A DNA stretch of 64,000 nucleotides from Candidatus Caribbeanibacter nitroreducens (GTDB lineage Bacteria > Gemmatimonadota > Gemmatimonadetes > Palauibacterales > Palauibacteraceae). Location: positions 5,724-69,723 of the forward strand of contig CANPVF010000142.1 in NCBI GenBank assembly GCA_947581645.1, given 5' to 3'. Positions within the stretch are counted from its first letter, which is position 1, and the number at the start of each line of letters is the position of its first letter. The notes below the pieces were generated by a model. The model was not told the origin of the DNA. It saw only the letters and a list, made by a program, of their open reading frames with translations, and made no database searches. Shown here piece by piece: positions 58,989-64,000 of this stretch. The position numbers were made by a program, and so were the translations under genes.

Positions 58989-59699
58989 GTGGCCGACGTG
59001 ATCCCTGGCGAGCGACTGGAGCGAGTTCGGAACGACGTCCGGGAGGCCGCGGAGCGGTCCGGTCGGGACCCCGATGCTGTCGAGATCCTGCCCGTGACGA
59101 AGGGACATCCGGCGTCGGTGGTCCGCGCCGTGGCGGAGACGGATCTGGGACGCGTGGCGGAGAACCGGGTGGGCGAGGCGGAGGAGAAGCTGGAGGAAGT
59201 CGGCCGGCTGGGGCTCGAGTGGCACATGGTGGGCCACCTGCAGCGGAACAAGGCGGCCCGGGCGGTGCAGGTCTTCGACGTGATCGAGTCCGTCGATTCC
59301 CGCCGCCTGGCGCGCAAGCTGGACCGTGAGGCCCGGAAGGCCGGGCGAGAGCACCTGGAAGTGCTCTGTCAGGTCAACACCTCGGGGGAGGAGTCCAAGG
59401 GAGGCTTTCCGGTGGCGGAGGACGAGGAGGAAGCACTGGCCGGCGTGGCGGAGGTGTGTGAACAGGAGCGCCTCCACGTTCGCGGGCTGATGACCATGGC
59501 GCCCCTCACCGACGAGGAGTCGGTCCTGCGGGAGACCTTTCGGGTCTGTCGTCGCTTCGGACGACGTTGCGGCCAGGAAATCGTCGGCTTCGAGAGCGAC
59601 GTGCTCTCCATGGGGATGAGCAACGACTTCGAGATCGCGGTGGAGGAGGGGAGCACCCGCCTCCGCCTCGGGACGGCACTGCTCGGCGAGCGTCCATAG
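58989..59699 (+). CDS. yggS: YggS-family PLP-binding (PLP homeostasis) protein
   Basis: 236 aa with a GTG start. Contains ILPVTKGH, WHMVGHLQRNKA, VNTSGEESKGG, and LSMGMSNDFEIAVEEGST. Confidence 0.92.
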   Translation: MADVIPGERLERVRNDVREAAERSGRDPDAVEILPVTKGHPASVVRAVAETDLGRVAENRVGEAEEKLEEVGRLGLEWHMVGHLQRNKAARAVQVFDVIESVDSRRLARKLDREARKAGREHLEVLCQVNTSGEESKGGFPVAEDEEEALAGVAEVCEQERLHVRGLMTMAPLTDEESVLRETFRVCRRFGRRCGQEIVGFESDVLSMGMSNDFEIAVEEGSTRLRLGTALLGERP

Positions 59700-59765
59700 A
59701 CGTCGGCCCGGACGACGGGAGGTCCGGGTCGACGTCCACGAGTCCGATCACGGAGGGAGAGACCG

Positions 59766-60458
59766 ATGATCGATCTGACGCCGGTGGAGGTCCGGAAGAA
59801 GGCGGACGACTTCGACCGCGGCTTCCGAGGCTACGAGCCGGACCAGGTGAAGAACTACCTGGAGATGGTGGCGGACCGGCTGGAGGACATCCAGGAGCAC
59901 AACCGCAAGCTCGAGGAGCAGGTCGAGCATCTCCGGGAGGAGCTCGAGCGCTTCGAGGAGCGCGAGGAAGCCCTCAACGACGCACTCCTGACCGCACAGG
60001 AGCTCCGGGAGGAGTCGCGGGCCCAGGCCGAGCGCGAGGCATCGCTCACCCTGCGCGAAGCTGAGGCGAAGGCCGAGGCCATCGAGCAGGAGGCGGAGCG
60101 GACTCTGGATTCGGCCCGGGACAAGCTGGACGAGCTCAAGTCCCGGCGGGCCCATTTCCTCCGCTCGTTCCGTGCGCTGCTGGAGGGATACCTCTCCGAG
60201 GTCGAGCTGGAGCAGAGCCGACTGCGGGAGAACGAGGAGCAGATCCCGCCGGCCGAGGAGATCGCCGCCGACCCCGATCCGGAGCCGCCGGCCGTGGAGC
60301 CGGACGCCTACGGGGCTGCGGAGGAGGGCGAGGACGGCACCGACCCGGTGGGCGAGGTCCGCGAAGCCGTCCCGACCCCGTCGGACGCACCCGAGAACGA
60401 GGAAGAGGAGACCACGTCCGGGGACGAGGGGAACGGGGAGGACCGGGAGCAGACGTGA
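59766..60458 (+). CDS. divIVA: DivIVA-domain protein
   Basis: 230 aa. Starts MIDLTPVEVRKKADDFDRGFRGYEPDQVKNYLEMVADRLE, followed by a coiled coil and an acidic tail. Confidence 0.88.
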   Translation: MIDLTPVEVRKKADDFDRGFRGYEPDQVKNYLEMVADRLEDIQEHNRKLEEQVEHLREELERFEEREEALNDALLTAQELREESRAQAEREASLTLREAEAKAEAIEQEAERTLDSARDKLDELKSRRAHFLRSFRALLEGYLSEVELEQSRLRENEEQIPPAEEIAADPDPEPPAVEPDAYGAAEEGEDGTDPVGEVREAVPTPSDAPENEEEETTSGDEGNGEDREQT

Positions 60459-61297
60459 CCGGGGACGGGAGCCGAGTCATGGAGCGCGTCCGCCGGGCCG
60501 TCGACCGGATTCGGCGTGAGGGCGCTCCGGCGCCGGAGTGGGCCGTCGTCCTGGGGACGGGCCTCGGCGCCCTCGGGGACGAGATCGACGTGGAGGCCAC
60601 CGTCCCGTACGGGGCGATCCCGGACTTTCCGCCGGCCACGGTGGAGGAGCACGAGGGGCGGCTGTTGCTGGGGTCGATCGGGGGACGGAGCGTCGCGGCC
60701 ATGAGCGGACGCTATCACCGCTACGAGGGTCACACCCTCGGAGAGGTGACGTTCCCGATCCGCGTCCTGCGGGAGCTGGGGGCCACGACGCTCGTGACCT
60801 CGGGAGCCGCCGGCGGAATGGAGCCGCTCTGGGAGCGGGGGGACCTGGTCCTGATCTCCGACCACATCAACCTGATGGGCGACAACCCCCTGGTCGGGCC
60901 GAACGTGGAGGAGCAGGGCCCACGGTTCCCGGACATGTCCGAGGCCTACCACGCGGGACTCCGCCGACGGGCCCGGGAGGCGGCCGTGCAGATGGGGGTC
61001 CAGGTGCGCGAGGGCGTCTACGCCGGAGTCACGGGCCCCAATTTGGAGACACCGGCGGAGTACCGGATGCTCAGGACGCTGGGCGCTGATCTGGTGGGGA
61101 TGTCCACGGTGCCCGAGGTGATCGTGGCCCGGCACGCCGGGATGAGAGTGCTGGGAACGGCCGTGGTCACGGACATGTGCCTGCCGGACGACCTGGAGCC
61201 AGTGGAGGTCGAGGACGTGATTCGGGTCGCCGGTGAGGCGGCGCCGACGCTCTCCGCCCTCGTCCGCCGGGTCATGGAGAGCGAAGGCGACGAGTAG
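60455..61297 (+). CDS. punA: Purine-nucleoside phosphorylase (PunA/trimeric PNP family)
   Basis: The GTG overlaps the divIVA stop. Contains VVLGTGLG, HEGRLLLG, SGRYHRYEGH, SGAAGG, GPRFPDMS, and VGMSTVPEV. Confidence 0.92.
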   Translation: MTGDGSRVMERVRRAVDRIRREGAPAPEWAVVLGTGLGALGDEIDVEATVPYGAIPDFPPATVEEHEGRLLLGSIGGRSVAAMSGRYHRYEGHTLGEVTFPIRVLRELGATTLVTSGAAGGMEPLWERGDLVLISDHINLMGDNPLVGPNVEEQGPRFPDMSEAYHAGLRRRAREAAVQMGVQVREGVYAGVTGPNLETPAEYRMLRTLGADLVGMSTVPEVIVARHAGMRVLGTAVVTDMCLPDDLEPVEVEDVIRVAGEAAPTLSALVRRVMESEGDE

Positions 61298-61367
61298 TCG
61301 ATTCGCCGGCCGCCCCGCGGCCGGCGCGGACGAACACGGACACAGGAGCGATCGGAGCCTGCAACGG

Positions 61368-64000
61368 ATGTCGTATCGAGAGCTGCCCGAGAGCACGTCG
61401 GACCTCGAGCAGGAGATCCTGGAACGGTGGGAGGAAGAGGACACCTTCCGGGAGAGCCTGCGGGAGCGCGAGGGGGACCCGGAGTACGTCTTCTACGAAG
61501 GTCCCCCCACGGCCAACGGGCGTCCCGGCGTCCACCACATCCTGGCCCGAACCATCAAGGACCTGGTGGCGCGGTACTGGACCATGCGCGGCCGCCACGT
61601 CACCCGCATCGCCGGCTGGGACACCCACGGTCTCCCGGTGGAGGTGGAGGCTGAGAAGGAGCTCGGTATCTCCGGGAAGCCGGAGATCGAGGAGATCGGG
61701 ATCGAGCGGTTCGTCCAGACCTGCCGGGAAAACCTGTTCACCTACCAGGAGGAGTGGGAGGACCTCTCCCGCCGCATCGGGTACTGGCTGGACTACGACG
61801 ACCCCTACGTGACCTATCACCCCGACTACATCGAATCGGTGTGGTGGGCCGTGAAGCAGATCCACGACGAGGGCCTCCTCTACCAGGGCTACAAGTCGCT
61901 GCCCTACTGTCCCCGCTGCGGGACGGGCCTCTCCAGCCACGAGCTGGCCCAGGGATACGAGCAGCGCAGGGACCCGTCCCTCTTCTCTCTCTTCCCGGTG
62001 GTCTCGGGCGACGGGGGTGGAGACGCGCCGCGGCGACACCTGCTGGTGTGGACCACGACCCCCTGGACGCTGGTCTCCAACGTGGCGGTGGCCTTCAACC
62101 CCGAGCTCGCGTACGTCGAGGTCGAGGCCCTCCTGGGCCGGAGCGGCGAGAGGGGCAGGGTGGGGGAGGAAGGAGGCGCCCGCACGGCCAGGGTGCTGCT
62201 CAGCCGCGGCCGGGCGGAGGACCTCTTTCGCCTCGAGGGGAGCGACGGGAGCGGGGACGGAGAGGGCGGTTCCCCGGAGCGTCCCCGGGGCCGGATCGTT
62301 CGCGAGGTGCCGTCCGGGGAGCTCGAGGGGCTGGAGTACCGCCGTCCCCTGCACCTGTACCCGGGCTACCGAGAGGAGTCCGGCCGCCTCCACCCGGCGG
62401 AGTTCGTGAGCGACGAGGAGGGGACGGGGCTGGTCCACATCGCTCCGGCCTTCGGCGCCGACGATTTCGAGCTCGGGAAGGAGCGGGACCTGCCGCTGGT
62501 TCGCCCGGTGGACGACGACGGCCGCTTCGTCCCGGAGGTGGAGGAAGTGGGCGGGCTCCCGGTGAAGGAGGCCGACGATCGCCTGGTGGAGCTGCTGGCC
62601 GAGGAGGGGCTCCTCTTCCGCCGGGACACCGTGCTGCACAGCTATCCGCACTGCTGGCGCTGTGACACCCCGCTCCTCTACATGGCGCAGGAGTCGTGGT
62701 ACGTGGAGACCACGGCCGTGAAGGAGCGCCTGCTGGAGGAGAACGCGTCCGTGGAGTGGCACCCCCCCGAGGTGGGAAGCGGACGGATGGGAGAGTGGCT
62801 CGAGAACAACGTGGACTGGGCCCTGTCCCGCGATCGCTTCTGGGGCACGCCGCTGCCGGTGTGGGTGTGCGACGCCGACGAGGGGCACCGCGAGGTCATC
62901 GGCTCCTTCGATCGCCTGTCGGATCGCGCGGGCGGGCTCCCGGAGGACTTCGATCCGCACCGGCCGGAGATCGACCGGGTGCAGTGGTCCTGCGACGAGG
63001 ACGACTGCGAAGGGACCATGACCCGGGTGCCGCAGGTCATGGACGCCTGGTTCGACTCCGGGTCCATGCCCTTCGCCCAGTGGCACTACCCGTTCGAGGG
63101 CGAGGAGGAGTTCCGGCGCCACTTCCCGGCGGACATCATCGCCGAGGGCGTGGACCAGACGCGGGGCTGGTTCTACTCGCTGCTGGCGATCTCGACGATC
63201 GTCTTCGACCGCTCGCCGTACCGCGAGGTGGTGGTGAACGACCTGGTCCTGGACGCCGAGGGACGCAAGATGTCCAAGTCCCGCGGCAACACCGTGGACC
63301 CGTGGAGTGCCATCGAGCGGCACGGGGCCGATGCGATTCGGCTCTATCTGATCACCAGCAGCAACCCGTGGCTGCCGAAGCGCTGGGACCCGGAGGGCCT
63401 GGAGGAGATCCAGCGGAAGCTGCTGGACACCCTCCGGAACACCTACCGCTTCTTCGCCATGTACGCGAACCTGGAAGACTGGCACCACGGCGGGGGAGAC
63501 GCCCGGTGGGGCGAGCCGCGTCCGCCCTCGGAGCGTCCCGTCATGGATCGGTGGCTGCTCAGCCGGCTGGACACCGTGGCGGCCCGCACCCGGCAGGACC
63601 TGGAGGAGAACGAGCTGACGAGGGCGGCGAGGCGCCTCGACGACTTCGTCGTGGACGAGCTCTCCAACTGGTACGTTCGCCGGACGCGGGACCGGTTCTG
63701 GGTCACGGGGTCCTCATCCGACGGAGAGCTCCGTCCGGCGGAGGCCTTCGACACGCTGCATCGCGCCCTCCGCACGACGTCGCTGCTCCTGGCCCCCGTC
63801 GCGCCCTTCATCAGCGACTGGCTGCACCGGGAGCTGAGCATCGGCGACTCGGTCCACCTGGCCGACTTCCCCGAACCCTCGGGCCACCGCCGGCCCGACC
63901 TGGAGGAGGCCATGGAGGACGTGCGGGAGCTGGCGGCGCTGGGTCGTGCCGCCCGGGAGGAGCTGGGGGTGAAGGTGCGCCAGCCCCTGCGCCGGGTGGA
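61368..64000 (+). CDS. ileS: Isoleucine--tRNA ligase (type 2), 3' end outside the window
   Basis: Own translation from the ATG at 61368; it is not in the track because there is no stop in the window. Starts MSYRELPESTSDLEQEILERWEEEDTF. Contains the HIGH-type motif PPTANGRPGVHHI, WDTHGLPVE, and KMSKSRGN near 63270. Confidence 0.95.
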   Translation, partial: MSYRELPESTSDLEQEILERWEEEDTFRESLREREGDPEYVFYEGPPTANGRPGVHHILARTIKDLVARYWTMRGRHVTRIAGWDTHGLPVEVEAEKELGISGKPEIEEIGIERFVQTCRENLFTYQEEWEDLSRRIGYWLDYDDPYVTYHPDYIESVWWAVKQIHDEGLLYQGYKSLPYCPRCGTGLSSHELAQGYEQRRDPSLFSLFPVVSGDGGGDAPRRHLLVWTTTPWTLVSNVAVAFNPELAYVEVEALLGRSGERGRVGEEGGARTARVLLSRGRAEDLFRLEGSDGSGDGEGGSPERPRGRIVREVPSGELEGLEYRRPLHLYPGYREESGRLHPAEFVSDEEGTGLVHIAPAFGADDFELGKERDLPLVRPVDDDGRFVPEVEEVGGLPVKEADDRLVELLAEEGLLFRRDTVLHSYPHCWRCDTPLLYMAQESWYVETTAVKERLLEENASVEWHPPEVGSGRMGEWLENNVDWALSRDRFWGTPLPVWVCDADEGHREVIGSFDRLSDRAGGLPEDFDPHRPEIDRVQWSCDEDDCEGTMTRVPQVMDAWFDSGSMPFAQWHYPFEGEEEFRRHFPADIIAEGVDQTRGWFYSLLAISTIVFDRSPYREVVVNDLVLDAEGRKMSKSRGNTVDPWSAIERHGADAIRLYLITSSNPWLPKRWDPEGLEEIQRKLLDTLRNTYRFFAMYANLEDWHHGGGDARWGEPRPPSERPVMDRWLLSRLDTVAARTRQDLEENELTRAARRLDDFVVDELSNWYVRRTRDRFWVTGSSSDGELRPAEAFDTLHRALRTTSLLLAPVAPFISDWLHRELSIGDSVHLADFPEPSGHRRPDLEEAMEDVRELAALGRAAREELGVKVRQPLRRV

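Noticed and set aside
61298-61367. A T-box leader upstream of ileS, as found in Firmicutes.
   Set aside because: The intergenic region is only 70 nt. It has no specifier-loop or T-box sequence and no terminator/antiterminator pair.

Overview
This is a very GC-rich 64 kb window, roughly 70% GC by eye with strong GC3 bias. It is densely packed with about 62 protein genes, and almost all are core housekeeping functions arranged in ancient conserved blocks:
- prs-rplY-pth
- rpsF-rpsR-(DUF2232)-rplI-rsfS
- smc-MBL-aroF-yraN
- ffs-dnaX-ybaB-recR
- pgsA-cinA(C-terminal)-grpE-dnaJ
- cysteine desulfurase-mnmA
- rplM-rpsI, and rpsB-tsf-pyrH-frr
- tilS-hpt-ftsH-folP-cdaA
- exbB-exbD-exbD-tonB
- yggS-divIVA-punA-ileS

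The gene content (TonB system, BshB1-like deacetylase, short RpoD-like sigma factor, H+-PPase, very acidic protein tails) suggests an FCB-group, Gemmatimonadota-like organism. That placement is inference only.

Two RNA elements absent from the ORF track are supported directly by the sequence. One is a small SRP RNA (ffs) with its own promoter upstream of dnaX. The other is a TPP riboswitch upstream of tenA. I found no rRNA, tRNA, CRISPR array, transposase, integrase, prophage or recognisable defence module.

Many long ORFs in the track are antisense or out-of-frame shadow ORFs typical of high-GC DNA, and I rejected them. I see no convincing novel multi-gene system; this looks like an ordinary core-genome region. 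The items most worth a second look are:
- A pair of SPOR-domain proteins upstream of smc, one with a Walker-A-less ParA/MinD-like domain.
- tilS and yraN, which both lack canonical start codons.
- A TPP riboswitch with an extra roughly 61-nt insertion.
- Genomically encoded poly-acidic tails on S6, S2 and L25.
- A MacA/FtsX-type efflux cluster with no ATPase gene.
- Several small sequence-level oddities: a G-quadruplex-capable tandem duplication, a 20-bp perfect palindrome, and a 54-nt identical block in the tandem exbD paralogs.
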